Source: Turneriella sp. (GTDB lineage: Bacteria; Spirochaetota; Leptospiria; Turneriellales; Turneriellaceae). From it: DNA of 64,000 bases. Made by a program: the position numbers and the translations under genes. The stretch is taken from contig CBDIID010000003.1 of NCBI GenBank assembly GCA_965279515.1, forward strand, positions 32,001 through 96,000. The letters run 5' to 3'. Each line of letters opens with the position of its first letter. Position 1 is the first letter of the stretch. Positions 18,535 through 28,919 of the stretch are shown here, in pieces. The notes beneath the pieces were generated by a model. That model worked only from the letters and a program-made list of their open reading frames with translations, searched no databases and was not told where the DNA came from.

Positions 18535-19902
18535 ATGAAAAATAGCATTTCTTTGCTGACAGTTTTCAGCATGCTGAACTTGGCAGCTTTTCCCCTGACA
18601 GCCCAGGCTACCGAGCCAGCGGTAAATCCGCCGGTAAAATCAGATTCATCTGCTGTTACCAGCCCGGCACCCAATACTACCGAGGTGAAGCCGGCAATAC
18701 CAGCCCCCGAAGTCAAAAAAGAAAAACCGCGCGGACTGCCAGTCGGTGTTGAATATATCAGCGGGAAAGGACTCACCTTTGACACGGGCGATGGTAAGTT
18801 TGCGGCAACCATGCAGCATCGTCTGCAGTTCCGCTATTCCTATCCGTTCGATACGGATCCCCGTTCGATTGCCAACCTGAATGAAGAGGGGCACTCCTTT
18901 ATGGTGCGCCGGGCGCGTTTTAAGCTCGCGGGTCATGCTTTCAAGCCATGGCTGAAATACAACTTCCAATATGACTGGTCGCAGCCCATCTTGCGCGACT
19001 TCTGGATTGGTATCGAGCGTTTCGATTGGCTGCAACTACGCATCGGTCGCGGCAAAGTGATCTACAACGATGAACGCGTTTCATCGTCGGGAGCGCAGCA
19101 GTTCGTCAACCGCTCGATTGTCAACGACGTCTTCACGGTCGACCGCCAGCAGGGGGTACAGATCATGGGCCGCGTTTTACCTCATACCTTTGCCGATTTT
19201 AACTATGTCGTTGGAGTGTTCGCCGGTCGTGGCGTCGGCGAACGGCTCAACGACGATACGAATCTCATGTATGCGGCACGCCTGCAATGGAACGCGGTTG
19301 GGGATCCGATCGATTTCCAGCAGAGCGATTATAAATCGACACAAAAATGGCAACTGAATATCGCCGCTGGAGCCGCGACGAATAAGAGTAACTGTACGGC
19401 TTTCGAAACCGATGCCACGAGTTGCCGCAGGCTACCCGGGACTAATTATCCGCAGCTGGCTGCGGGAGCCGCGCCGGGCGCAGGTGCCGGGCAATTCAAG
19501 GTGGATCAGGCGTTTTTTGAGCTCCGTTCAGTTTACAAAGGATTCTATTTTAAGCATGAAACACATGTGAAGCGTGTGATCGACCAAAGCCTGGTGACGC
19601 CCACGTTGTGGTCACGCGAGGCCGAGATGTGGGGGGCCTTGGTGCAGCTGGGGTATTTTCCGCACAATGCGCTGGATTTTGTCCCTTCCGAGCTTGAGGT
19701 TGCGGGACGTATGGCATTCGTCGATCCCAACATCAATGTCGCGGGCAACGACCAGTATGAGTATACCGGCATTCTGAACTGGTTTGCGAATGGTCACAGC
19801 AATAAAATCTCGTTCGAGGTGACTCACCATGTGCTGCAGAACCCGACGGGCGGGTACGCTTCTGAGCAACGCTACCGCAGCCAGTGGGAGTTTTCTTTTT
19901 AA
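18535..19902 (+). CDS. Outer-membrane porin, phosphate-selective OprO/OprP-like
   Basis: Signal peptide, RLQFRY, F.VRRAR.KL.G, ER..SS...QFVNRS, DRQQG.QI.G and C-terminal F. GAGGAG SD. Confidence 0.8.
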   Translation: MKNSISLLTVFSMLNLAAFPLTAQATEPAVNPPVKSDSSAVTSPAPNTTEVKPAIPAPEVKKEKPRGLPVGVEYISGKGLTFDTGDGKFAATMQHRLQFRYSYPFDTDPRSIANLNEEGHSFMVRRARFKLAGHAFKPWLKYNFQYDWSQPILRDFWIGIERFDWLQLRIGRGKVIYNDERVSSSGAQQFVNRSIVNDVFTVDRQQGVQIMGRVLPHTFADFNYVVGVFAGRGVGERLNDDTNLMYAARLQWNAVGDPIDFQQSDYKSTQKWQLNIAAGAATNKSNCTAFETDATSCRRLPGTNYPQLAAGAAPGAGAGQFKVDQAFFELRSVYKGFYFKHETHVKRVIDQSLVTPTLWSREAEMWGALVQLGYFPHNALDFVPSELEVAGRMAFVDPNINVAGNDQYEYTGILNWFANGHSNKISFEVTHHVLQNPTGGYASEQRYRSQWEFSF

Positions 19903-19983
19903 GAAAACCAAAGGGATGCATTTTGGACTACCAAAATGACATCCCTTGACGCCCTGTCTTAAATTCCGTTTTTCCCTTTAATT

Positions 19984-21798
19984 ATGTCATCTTTTTCGCT
20001 CCGCCGCGAATGTAATTCGGTCGGTCCGGCTGATAACGGCAACAGCATCGTCGTCTGTGGCTGGGTGTACCGCTACCGGGACCAGGGCGGTGTGCTCTTT
20101 GTCGACCTGCGCGATCGCAGCGGTCTCGTGCAGGTTGTCTTCGATCTCGCCGTAAACGCCGACCTGCACAAACAGGCCAATGCGCTGCGCGCTGAGGATG
20201 TCATCCTCGTTACGGGCAAGGTGCGCCTGCGCGACAAAAACGCGATTAATCCAAAGCTCAAAACCGGCGAGATCGAAATTGTTGCCGAAGGGCTTGAACT
20301 CTTGAGCAAAGCGAAACCGTCGCCGATTCCCCTCGACGAACACGACGACGAAGCGTCTGAGGAGCTCCGCCTCGAATACCGCTTTCTCGATCTGCGCCGC
20401 AAACCCATGCAGGAAGCCCTGCGTGTGCGCCATGAATTTATCCGTGCCGCGCGTAACTTTCTCGACAACGAAGGTTTCTGGGAAGTCGAAACGCCGATTC
20501 TCAATAAATCGACACCCGAAGGCGCGCGCGACTTTTTAGTTCCGAGCCGTCTGAACCCCGGCGAGTTCTATGCGCTGCCGCAGTCGCCGCAGATTTTTAA
20601 GCAGCTTTTGATGGTCGCCGGTTCCGAGAAGTATTACCAGATTGCACGCTGTTTCCGCGACGAAGATTTGCGGCGCGATCGCCAGCCCGAGTTTACGCAG
20701 ATCGATATTGAGATGAGCTTTGTCGACAAAGACATGGTGATGGAACTCAACGAGCGACTGATTGCCGGTGCCTGCAAATCGGCATTTGGTGTCGAGATCG
20801 AAGGCAAGCCGCAGCGGATGACTTACCATGACGCGATGGAACTTTATGGCAATGATAAACCCGACATCCGTTTTGCGATGACGCTGACTGAGCTCGGCGA
20901 TTGGGCGCCGATGACTGAGTTCAAGGTATTTAAGGGCGCCGCAGAAACCGGTCGCCTCAAGGGCCTCTGTGTGCCTGGCGGCGCAGTGCTCTCACGCAAA
21001 GACATCGATGATCTGACGGCATGGGTCATGCAGGACTATAAAGCCAAAGGTTTGGCCTGGGTTAAAGTGACCGAGAATGGCCTGGAATCCCTGATTACGA
21101 AATTTCTCCCCGAAGCCGCGCAGACTGAACTTTTGAAACGCACCGGCGCTAAGGCGGGCGACATTATTTTCTTCGCCGGCGACCGCGCCGATATTGTGTT
21201 TGCGACACTCTCGGCGCTACGGCTGCGCCTTGCTGAAAAACTCAAGATGATTCCCGATACGTTTAAGGCGCTGTGGGTGGTGGATTTTCCGCTCTTTGAC
21301 TGGGATCACGAAACTAATTCGCTGCTCAGTGTGCACCATCCCTTTACCGCACCGGTACCCGAAGATGCCGCGCTCGTCAAGGCTGCGGGAAAATCAGCAG
21401 AATTGACTCCGGATGAAGCAAAGAAACTGCTCGCGGTGCGCTCGAATGCATACGACTTTGTGCTGAACGGTGTCGAGATCGGCGGTGGTAGTATCCGTAT
21501 CCATGAGTCTGAACTGCAACAGGCAATCTTCCGTCTTCTGAAAATTACCGATGAAGAGGCGCAAAGCCGTTTTGGCTTTTTACTCAAGGGTCTCGAGTTC
21601 GGCGCTCCGCCGCATGGTGGTATTGCCTTCGGCGTCGACCGCGTTCTGATGCTGGGCCTCAAGCGCGCGTCCATACGCGACGTAATGGCTTTCCCGAAAA
21701 CACAGAAGGGAACCTGCCTCATGTCGGGAGCACCATCCAACGTTGACGAAAAGCAGCTGCGCGAACTTTATCTTAAGTCTACCGCGAAAGCCCGTTAA
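19984..21798 (+). CDS. aspS: Aspartate--tRNA ligase
   Basis: RDQGG..FVDLRDRSG, TPEGARDFLVPSR, LPQSPQ.FKQLLM, RCFRDEDLR.DRQPEFTQ, GAPPHGGIAFG.DR. Confidence 0.98.
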   Translation: MSSFSLRRECNSVGPADNGNSIVVCGWVYRYRDQGGVLFVDLRDRSGLVQVVFDLAVNADLHKQANALRAEDVILVTGKVRLRDKNAINPKLKTGEIEIVAEGLELLSKAKPSPIPLDEHDDEASEELRLEYRFLDLRRKPMQEALRVRHEFIRAARNFLDNEGFWEVETPILNKSTPEGARDFLVPSRLNPGEFYALPQSPQIFKQLLMVAGSEKYYQIARCFRDEDLRRDRQPEFTQIDIEMSFVDKDMVMELNERLIAGACKSAFGVEIEGKPQRMTYHDAMELYGNDKPDIRFAMTLTELGDWAPMTEFKVFKGAAETGRLKGLCVPGGAVLSRKDIDDLTAWVMQDYKAKGLAWVKVTENGLESLITKFLPEAAQTELLKRTGAKAGDIIFFAGDRADIVFATLSALRLRLAEKLKMIPDTFKALWVVDFPLFDWDHETNSLLSVHHPFTAPVPEDAALVKAAGKSAELTPDEAKKLLAVRSNAYDFVLNGVEIGGGSIRIHESELQQAIFRLLKITDEEAQSRFGFLLKGLEFGAPPHGGIAFGVDRVLMLGLKRASIRDVMAFPKTQKGTCLMSGAPSNVDEKQLRELYLKSTAKAR

Positions 21799-21807
21799 TT
21801 AACCGGT

Positions 21808-22821
21808 ATGGTCGAAAAGAAAAATCTCGAAGAAATTCTGCGTAAGATTCCGCAGAGCCGCGTATTCGTGCTTGGCGACCTGATGTGGGATGAATATATC
21901 CGCGGCGATGTCTCACGCATTTCGCCGGAAGCCCCCGTGCCTGTGCTTTTGGGTACCAGCGAAGACCGCACACCGGGCGGTGCGGCGAATGTTCTGAAGA
22001 ACCTGCGCGATCTCAAGTGCACCATGGGCATCCTGGGTATTGTCGGCGCGGACGCCAACGGCGTTGCGCTGCAGCATGAACTGGAAAAATGGGGACTCAG
22101 CGATCACCTGACACTGATTCGTATGCCAGACCGGCCCACGACGATCAAGACGCGTTTTATGGCGCGCAACCAGCAACTTTTACGCGTCGACCGTGAAAGG
22201 GCGAGCGCGATCGACGAAAAAACGGAAACCGAAGTGTTGAGAGCCTTCGAGCGCTCGGTGGGCGGTTTCGACGCCGTGATCATCAGCGACTACGATAAGG
22301 GGCTTTTGACCCGGCGCGTTATTACCGAAGCTATTAAGATAGCACGCTCTAAAAAAGTATTTGTGGCGGTCGACCCGCAGGTAAAACATTTCCGGGATTA
22401 CGCCGGTTCAGATATCATGACGCCGAACGAAAAAGAGGCTTCTGAGGGCATCGGCAAACCTTTTCCGCAAAACGACGAAGATACAGCAGCTATTGCTGCG
22501 CTGATCCGCAGCGAGCTTGCGCTCGAGAACCTGCTGATCACGCGCTCGCAGCGCGGTATGGCGTATTTTAAGGACAAACAGGCCGTCTACCTGCCCACAG
22601 TGGCACGCGAAGTTTTCGACGTCACCGGTGCCGGTGATACGGTGATCACTGTCTATACCGCGGCCATCGCGGCGGGAGCGACGCATGTCGATGCGATGGT
22701 GCTCTCGAACATCGCTGGTGGCATCGTTGTCGGTAAGCTCGGCACCGCGACGGCAACGGTCGCCGAGATACAAAACGAGCTCGGGCGTCCGCTTCCCGAG
22801 CTCAAGATCGTTAACTCATAA
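21808..22821 (+). CDS. rfaE1: D-glycero-beta-D-manno-heptose-7-phosphate kinase (PfkB family)
   Basis: GDLMWDEY..G.VSRISPEAPVPV, GGAANV, SDYDKG, TPNEKEA, DVTGAGDTV, VVGKLGTA. Confidence 0.92.
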   Translation: MVEKKNLEEILRKIPQSRVFVLGDLMWDEYIRGDVSRISPEAPVPVLLGTSEDRTPGGAANVLKNLRDLKCTMGILGIVGADANGVALQHELEKWGLSDHLTLIRMPDRPTTIKTRFMARNQQLLRVDRERASAIDEKTETEVLRAFERSVGGFDAVIISDYDKGLLTRRVITEAIKIARSKKVFVAVDPQVKHFRDYAGSDIMTPNEKEASEGIGKPFPQNDEDTAAIAALIRSELALENLLITRSQRGMAYFKDKQAVYLPTVAREVFDVTGAGDTVITVYTAAIAAGATHVDAMVLSNIAGGIVVGKLGTATATVAEIQNELGRPLPELKIVNS

Positions 22822-22823
22822 GC

Positions 22824-23765
22824 ATGGCTGACAACGGGCGCCGGGTCATTCTTTCCGTAGAAAATGTGGATAAGAAGTTTCCGCGCGTCCACGCCGTGAA
22901 AAACCTCTCGTTGAAAATCTATGAAGGCGAATCGGTTGCGCTGCTAGGGCCCAACGGCGCGGGTAAAACGACACTGCTCGAAATGATCGAGGGGCTGCAG
23001 TTTCCCGATTCGGGAGAAATCCTCATCGATGGCCTGACCTACAGAAAGGACGAAAAGAAAATCCGGGCGCTGATGGGGCTTGCGTTCCAGGAAACACGTT
23101 TCCCTGAAAAGATCCGAGTTGTCGAGGCGCTCGAATTATTTTCGGCTTTTTACGGTGGCACCACGGCGCGCATCACCGAGATTCTCGAGCTGATTTCGCT
23201 CACCGAAAAGAAAGACGCATTTGTGAATAACCTGTCGGGCGGCCAGCGCCAGCGCCTTGCCCTGGGTATCGGTATCATCCAGAAACCCAAAATTATCCTG
23301 CTCGATGAGCCCTCGACGGGCCTCGACCCGCATGCGCGCCGTGAAATCTGGCGCATCATGGCCGACCTGAAAAAGCAGGGGTCGACGCTGCTCTTAACCA
23401 CGCATTACATGGAAGAGGCCGAAGAGCTCTGTGAGCGCATCGTGGTGCTTTTTAAGGGAAAAATTCTTGCCGACGGCCCGCTCGAAGAGCTGCTCGACCA
23501 GCATGCGAGCCATGAAATTATCGAATTCAAACTCAAGAAGAAATCCGCCGATGTGCTCGCGCGGCTGCATACCTTGAAAAAGGTCTCGCACTTCCATTTT
23601 AACAAAACCAATGCGACGGGAGTCATGCACGTCGATGACGCGGCGGCGATTCTGCCCGATTTTCTGCGCAAAGCGGGCAGGCAAAATCTCGAGTCCTTCG
23701 CCGCACGGCCGCTGACGCTCGACGACCTTTTTATCAAAATGACGGGCAGGCATCTCGATGGTTAG
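22824..23765 (+). CDS. ABC transporter ATP-binding protein (ABC-2 exporter)
   Basis: GPNGAGKTT, LSGGQRQR, LLDEPSTGLDP, TTHYMEEAE. Confidence 0.95.
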   Translation: MADNGRRVILSVENVDKKFPRVHAVKNLSLKIYEGESVALLGPNGAGKTTLLEMIEGLQFPDSGEILIDGLTYRKDEKKIRALMGLAFQETRFPEKIRVVEALELFSAFYGGTTARITEILELISLTEKKDAFVNNLSGGQRQRLALGIGIIQKPKIILLDEPSTGLDPHARREIWRIMADLKKQGSTLLLTTHYMEEAEELCERIVVLFKGKILADGPLEELLDQHASHEIIEFKLKKKSADVLARLHTLKKVSHFHFNKTNATGVMHVDDAAAILPDFLRKAGRQNLESFAARPLTLDDLFIKMTGRHLDG

Positions 23766-24822
23766 ATCTTCGTGGCAACTTTACCTGATGCACCTCAGGG
23801 AATTTTTCCGCGACCCGGAAATTATCCTGTGGTCGGTGATCTTGCCCGTGGCAATGTCGTGGGTTTTGGGCGTCGCATTCGTGCAGCGCAAAGTCACGAC
23901 GCGCCAGATAGCCGTCGTCGGCGACGTGCAGAAAAGCGCCGAGTTGCGCGAGGTCATCAACGAGATTGAGAACCGGAATATTTCCCGCCCTAAAAAGACC
24001 AATGACCACAGCGTTTTCAAATTTTCTTTTGTCGATCGCGAAAAGGCGCTGCGCCTGCTGCGCAAGGGCAAGATAGTCCTGTTCATAGAACTATCGCATA
24101 GTGGCGCGTTGAAGTTTCATCTCGATCCGGCGAATGAGACCTCGTATCTGGCATACTTGATCTTGTCGCGGCGGCTCAGCCAGGAAAAAGTCGAATTGCA
24201 GCTGAACCCGATTACCACGCATGGTAACCGCTATATCGACTTCCTGATCCCGGGGCTCATGGCTCTCGGCATCATGAATTCCTGCCTCTGGGGCATTGGT
24301 TACATACTCATCGAATACCGCATGAAAAAACTCATGCGGCGAATGATTGCCACGCCCGTGAAAAAAGCGGCCATTTTGGTATCGTTCTTTTTCTCGCGCA
24401 TGACGATCAACCTCGTCGAAATCGCCCTGCTTTTTGCGTTTGGTTACTTCTATTTCGGCTTCATCTTACAGGGCGGGTGGGCGCAGATTATCCTGTTATT
24501 CATATCCGGAAATGTCGCCTTTGCCGGCCTGGCATTTCTGCTCTCGTCGCGCGCTGAGAATACGCGCACAGGTAACGGCATCATCAATGTCTTTTCTGTG
24601 CCGTTGATGCTTGCCTCGGGGATTTTCTTCAGTTATGCGAATTTTCCCGACGCGATTCAGCCGGTATTGCAGTATTCACCGCTGGCGCTCCTGGCCGACG
24701 CCATGCGCACGGTATTCAATACAGGGGGTGAAATTACCGAAATTTTGCCCGCTATGGCTATCCTGAACGGTTTTGGCGTGTTTTGCTTTTCAATCAGCCT
24801 GAAAATTTTCAGGTGGCATTGA
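23758..24822 (+). CDS. ABC-2 type permease
   Basis: REFFRDP, RYIDFLIPGL and multiple TM helices. Overlaps the ATPase gene. Confidence 0.92.
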   Translation: MVRSSWQLYLMHLREFFRDPEIILWSVILPVAMSWVLGVAFVQRKVTTRQIAVVGDVQKSAELREVINEIENRNISRPKKTNDHSVFKFSFVDREKALRLLRKGKIVLFIELSHSGALKFHLDPANETSYLAYLILSRRLSQEKVELQLNPITTHGNRYIDFLIPGLMALGIMNSCLWGIGYILIEYRMKKLMRRMIATPVKKAAILVSFFFSRMTINLVEIALLFAFGYFYFGFILQGGWAQIILLFISGNVAFAGLAFLLSSRAENTRTGNGIINVFSVPLMLASGIFFSYANFPDAIQPVLQYSPLALLADAMRTVFNTGGEITEILPAMAILNGFGVFCFSISLKIFRWH

Positions 24823-24835
24823 AGGTTACTAAGCA

Positions 24836-26536
24836 GTGTCTGAAAACGAAATGACCCGCAAGCTCCTCGAGGAGCTCGAAACTTCTGAGAACGGTTCTTT
24901 TGAACTGGTGGAAGAAGACGGCAAAGCGGTGATCAAGATATTCAACCCAAAGGGTAAGGGCAGGCCGGTACACCCGACGGACCTGATGAACCGCATCCGC
25001 TCGATGCAGATTATTCCTGACAAAAGTGTTTCGCTCGAGCGGATTCTGAAGAATACCCAGGAAGGCAAAATTCCCGAAGGCCAGTCGCATGTGCTGGGCG
25101 AGTGGCCTAAGGTAGTCATGCGCAAAAGCGCGGTCGCCGAAATTCAGGTTTCGCCCGAACAAATGAGTGCGCATATCTTTATCGAACCTCCCGAAGGCGG
25201 CGGTAAGATGCTGACAGAAGAGAATCTGCGGCAGCTCCTCAAAGACCATGGCGTCGTTAAGGGCATCATTCCCGATGTGCTTAAAGATATGGTAACGCGT
25301 CCGCAATACAAAAAACTCATTCTCATCGCCAAAGGCGAAGAACCACACAAGGGTGAAGACGGTTATGTGCGTCCGCTCTTCGAAACCATGAATAAACCGC
25401 GGCGTGACGCCACCGCGCAAAAGATCGACCACAAACAAGTCAACCTGATCCGGTCGGCGAAGATCGGCGAAGCAATAGCGGAGAAAATCGACCCGACGAT
25501 TGGCACAGCGGGTTATGCAGTGAGCGGCCGTATGATGCCGGCAGAGCCCGGGCAGATCGCCGAGTTTCAGCTCGGCGCAAACGTCGAGATCGCTCCCGAC
25601 GGAAAACATTTGCTTTCGAAAATCGAAGGCAGGCCTGTACTCGAATCGAGCGGCAAGATCCGCGTCGACGAAGTCGTCTATCTCAAGAATATCGACTATT
25701 CTACCGGCAACGTGGATTTCCCCGGATCGGTGATCGTCGAAGAATCGGTCGCCGACGGCTTCAAGCTCAAGGCATCCGGAAGTATTATTCTGCAATCGAG
25801 TGTCGGCGTCTGCGACATCACCGCCGGCAAAGACGTTATCTTATCGGCGGGTTTTATGGGGCGCGGCGAAGGCCGCATTCAGTCAGAAGGCGATGTCTAT
25901 GCGCGTTTTGTCGAGCAGGGTACAATCGAAGCGAAAGGTTCGATCTTCGTCTCCGAAGCGGCCCTGCACTCAAAACTCATCGCCGGCGGTGCGATCGTCG
26001 TTAAGGGTGGTCGCGGCGATATCAACGGCGGTGAATTATCCGCGGGGAAATACCTTCAGTGTAACAAGCTCGGCGGTGCGGGTGAAACCAAGACCCTTGT
26101 CACGGTGGGGATTGACCCCTCTGTCAGAACTGTCATCGATGAGATTACAGCTTCGATCAAAGACAAAGAGGGGACGCTCGAAAAAATCCGCATCAGCCTC
26201 AATCGTATCAATGAAGCGATGAAAAAGCGCCGGCTGGATCCGAAAGAAACCGAGACGCGCGAAAAGCTGGTGCTGGCCCTCAGGAAATATAAGGGGCTTC
26301 TCGAATCAGACCAGAAGCAACTCGAAACAGCGCAGAATTCCTATGTCGCGCACAGCAAAGCCTATGTGAATATCGAAACACAGCTCTTCCCGAATGTGGA
26401 AATCAGCTTTGGTAAGGGTCAGGTGTTCCGCAGTCCGGTGCGCTCTCTGCCCGGCCGGCAGGCGATCTATGTCGAAGACAGGCTGGTCGTCACCCAGCCT
26501 ACGTTACCACGATTTTTTCAAAACGAGAACGAATAA
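24836..26536 (+). CDS. FapA family (DUF342) flagellar assembly-associated protein
   Basis: AKGEEP..GEDG, IDYSTGNVDF.GSV, beta-helix region, GGRGDINGG and a C-terminal coiled coil. Confidence 0.85.
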   Translation: MSENEMTRKLLEELETSENGSFELVEEDGKAVIKIFNPKGKGRPVHPTDLMNRIRSMQIIPDKSVSLERILKNTQEGKIPEGQSHVLGEWPKVVMRKSAVAEIQVSPEQMSAHIFIEPPEGGGKMLTEENLRQLLKDHGVVKGIIPDVLKDMVTRPQYKKLILIAKGEEPHKGEDGYVRPLFETMNKPRRDATAQKIDHKQVNLIRSAKIGEAIAEKIDPTIGTAGYAVSGRMMPAEPGQIAEFQLGANVEIAPDGKHLLSKIEGRPVLESSGKIRVDEVVYLKNIDYSTGNVDFPGSVIVEESVADGFKLKASGSIILQSSVGVCDITAGKDVILSAGFMGRGEGRIQSEGDVYARFVEQGTIEAKGSIFVSEAALHSKLIAGGAIVVKGGRGDINGGELSAGKYLQCNKLGGAGETKTLVTVGIDPSVRTVIDEITASIKDKEGTLEKIRISLNRINEAMKKRRLDPKETETREKLVLALRKYKGLLESDQKQLETAQNSYVAHSKAYVNIETQLFPNVEISFGKGQVFRSPVRSLPGRQAIYVEDRLVVTQPTLPRFFQNENE

Positions 26537-27677
26537 CGGCAATGATCTCGTCCTGTTCGGCGTCGGTCAGAGTCGGATAAAGCGGCAGAGACAGCGCTCC
26601 CTGAAAATAATCCGCAGTTGCGGCAAAATTCTCTCTTTTAAAACTATACTTTTCACCGATGCTGGAAAACTCGTAGATTGGAATAAAGTGCACCGACGAA
26701 CCGATGGATTTTTCGGCGAGATCCCTCATAATATCTTCACGCGAGGCGCCCGCACCGTCGGCGACCGAGATACAAAACAGGTGGCCGGCATGGTCGCCGG
26801 GCACGGCGCCGGCGCTCAACTCCTGGAAACGCAGGGGTAAGCCGGCCAGGGCCTCGCGGTAGCGCGCGCAGAGCGCGAGCCGGCGTTTGTGGTAGCTGTC
26901 GAGAGAGTGCAATTGCGTCAGCCCCAGGGCCGCGTGTATGTCGGTAAGATTCGCCTTAAAACCTGTTTCAACGATGTCATAGCGCCACGAGCCGCCGGTA
27001 TAACGGTTCCACGCCGCGCGTGACATGCCGTGCAGGCTAAGGGCGCGCACGCGTTCGAGATCGGCGGCGGCGCAGACGACTGCACCGCCTTCGGCGGTCG
27101 TCAGGTTTTTTGTCGCATAAAAGCTGTAACAGGAGAAATCCGCATAATTGTGCAGAAACTTGCCGTCAAATTTTGCCTCGAGTGCATGCGCATTGTCGAG
27201 TATGAGTTTGAGTCCGTGGCGGCTGGTGATGGCGCGCAGTGTATCCATGGGCAGCGGGTTGCCGGCAAACGGTACGGCAATCACCGCCTTCGTCCAGGGT
27301 GAGATTTTCTCTTCGAGAGATGCCAGCGAAAGATTCCATGTCTGCGGATCGATGTCGGCGAGCACCGGGGTGAGTCCTGCAAGTTCGATGACCTCAAACG
27401 TTGCGATAAAGGTATTCGCCGGCACAATGACCTCGTCGCCGCGTTTGAGGTCTGAGGCGGCGAGCGCGATTTGCAGCGCCGCCGTACATGAGGAAACAGG
27501 AATGATATTTTCCGTTTCGAGATATTTTTTAAGTCCCGCGTTGAAACGTTCCGTGAGGGGGCCGGTCGTCAGCCAGCCATTATCGATCGCTTCTTTAAGA
27601 AATGGTGCCGCGCTTTCAAACGTTACTGGCGCGCGCGAGAAGGGTATCCGCGGTTTTGCACCGTCGCTAACGGCCAT
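26499..27677 (-). CDS. DegT/DnrJ/EryC1/StrS PLP-dependent aminotransferase
   Basis: GWLTTGP, SSCTAAL, GDEVIVP..TF.AT, SFYATKNLTTAEGG, LSLPLYP. Confidence 0.92.
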   Translation of the reverse strand: MAVSDGAKPRIPFSRAPVTFESAAPFLKEAIDNGWLTTGPLTERFNAGLKKYLETENIIPVSSCTAALQIALAASDLKRGDEVIVPANTFIATFEVIELAGLTPVLADIDPQTWNLSLASLEEKISPWTKAVIAVPFAGNPLPMDTLRAITSRHGLKLILDNAHALEAKFDGKFLHNYADFSCYSFYATKNLTTAEGGAVVCAAADLERVRALSLHGMSRAAWNRYTGGSWRYDIVETGFKANLTDIHAALGLTQLHSLDSYHKRRLALCARYREALAGLPLRFQELSAGAVPGDHAGHLFCISVADGAGASREDIMRDLAEKSIGSSVHFIPIYEFSSIGEKYSFKRENFAATADYFQGALSLPLYPTLTDAEQDEIIAVIRSRFEKIVVT

Positions 27678-28837
27678 CAGACGTTCTTACGCTTCACAGC
27701 GACGCGTTCGCTCTTTTTCAGCGCCACATGGGGATTCACATGCTTCTCAGTAGATTTGACTTCAAAGTGCAGGTGGGCGCCTGTGGAAGCCCCGGTTGAA
27801 CCCACAAGTGCGATCTTTTGCCCGCGTTTCACATACTGGCCCTTTTTTGCAATGAGTTTTGACGCATGGCCATAGACTGTAAAGAGACCGTTCTTATGCC
27901 GCAGCAGAATCATGTTACCATAGCTGCCGCCGTTGCCTGCAAACGCGACCACACCTTCCGCCGCTGCGTGGATCGGTGTCTTCATTTTCGCGCCGATGTC
28001 GATACCGGTATGGAATGCCTTCGACCCGCTGATAGGGTGCACCCGCCAGCCGAAACCCGAAGTCAGGCGGTAGTTGGCTTTGATTGGCCAGGCAAAAACC
28101 TTTTGGCGTACATACTGGATCTCAGGAAGCGGTTTCGCACCAGGAAGAAATATTTCGCTGCCTTTGGCGAGCATCGTCGACGACAAGCCATTGGCCTTGC
28201 GCACTTTTTCGGGATTAATTTTATAACGTTTGGCGACGTCGCTTAAACTTTCTTTTTTCGACGCCTTGTGGAACACACCGACGCGGTCGGGAATACGCAG
28301 TGTATCACCCGGCTGAATGACCGTCTTTTCCTTGATCTTATTGGCATTGACAATCGTTGCCACGGTCACGCCGTACTTTTGCGAGAGCCTCCAGACGGAC
28401 TCACCGTTTTTCACTTCATGCTGCGTCACACGCACGCGTTCGCTTTTTTTTACGACTTTAGGCTTTTCTTCTTTTTCCGGGGCGGCTTCCGGTTCTGCGG
28501 GTTGGGTTTTGCCCTCGCTGAGCGGCGGTAAAATACCGGCTTCCTCAGGAACCAGCTCGTCGACGAGGCGCAGATCCTCTTCGCCCTTTTCAGGGTTGCG
28601 GCGGATTTCCTCAAAATAACGGTCCATCGCCACATCGACATCGGCACTTTTCAGTTCCTGGTGGTCGTGATAGGCGACATTATTCAGCGTGACCGGCATA
28701 TTGCGGTCTGCGCGCGCCGATTTCTGCGTATTTAAGGGTTTCGCCGAAAGGTGCGAATCGTCGCTGAAAAAGATCACCAGCATCAGCACCAGTGAAAGTC
28801 CTGCGATGCCTAAAAGCAGCCTGTCTAGTACGCGCAC
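27677..28837 (-). CDS. LysM-containing M23 metallopeptidase (start uncertain)
   Basis: N-terminal TM helix, two LysM domains, HTGIDI, YGH, GSTGASTGAHLHFEV. Confidence 0.9.
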   Translation of the reverse strand: MRVLDRLLLGIAGLSLVLMLVIFFSDDSHLSAKPLNTQKSARADRNMPVTLNNVAYHDHQELKSADVDVAMDRYFEEIRRNPEKGEEDLRLVDELVPEEAGILPPLSEGKTQPAEPEAAPEKEEKPKVVKKSERVRVTQHEVKNGESVWRLSQKYGVTVATIVNANKIKEKTVIQPGDTLRIPDRVGVFHKASKKESLSDVAKRYKINPEKVRKANGLSSTMLAKGSEIFLPGAKPLPEIQYVRQKVFAWPIKANYRLTSGFGWRVHPISGSKAFHTGIDIGAKMKTPIHAAAEGVVAFAGNGGSYGNMILLRHKNGLFTVYGHASKLIAKKGQYVKRGQKIALVGSTGASTGAHLHFEVKSTEKHVNPHVALKKSERVAVKRKNV

Positions 28838-28919
28838 GCATATTATTTTCGGCAATTTTACCCCCCGTCTTTGAGCCTTTTTATGCTTTTCGGCGCTTTT
28901 CAAAGACCCAGCTCGGGGG

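Noticed and set aside
24809..25795. 328-aa antisense ORF, and similar long shadow ORFs (42381-43127, 51254-52144, 1695-2363, 45940-46599)
   Set aside because: They are antisense to well-supported genes, have no motifs, and are expected from codon bias.
26499..26536. 38-bp convergent overlap of the FapA and DegT genes as a regulatory feature
   Set aside because: Short 3' overlaps are common in compact genomes, and there is no further signal.
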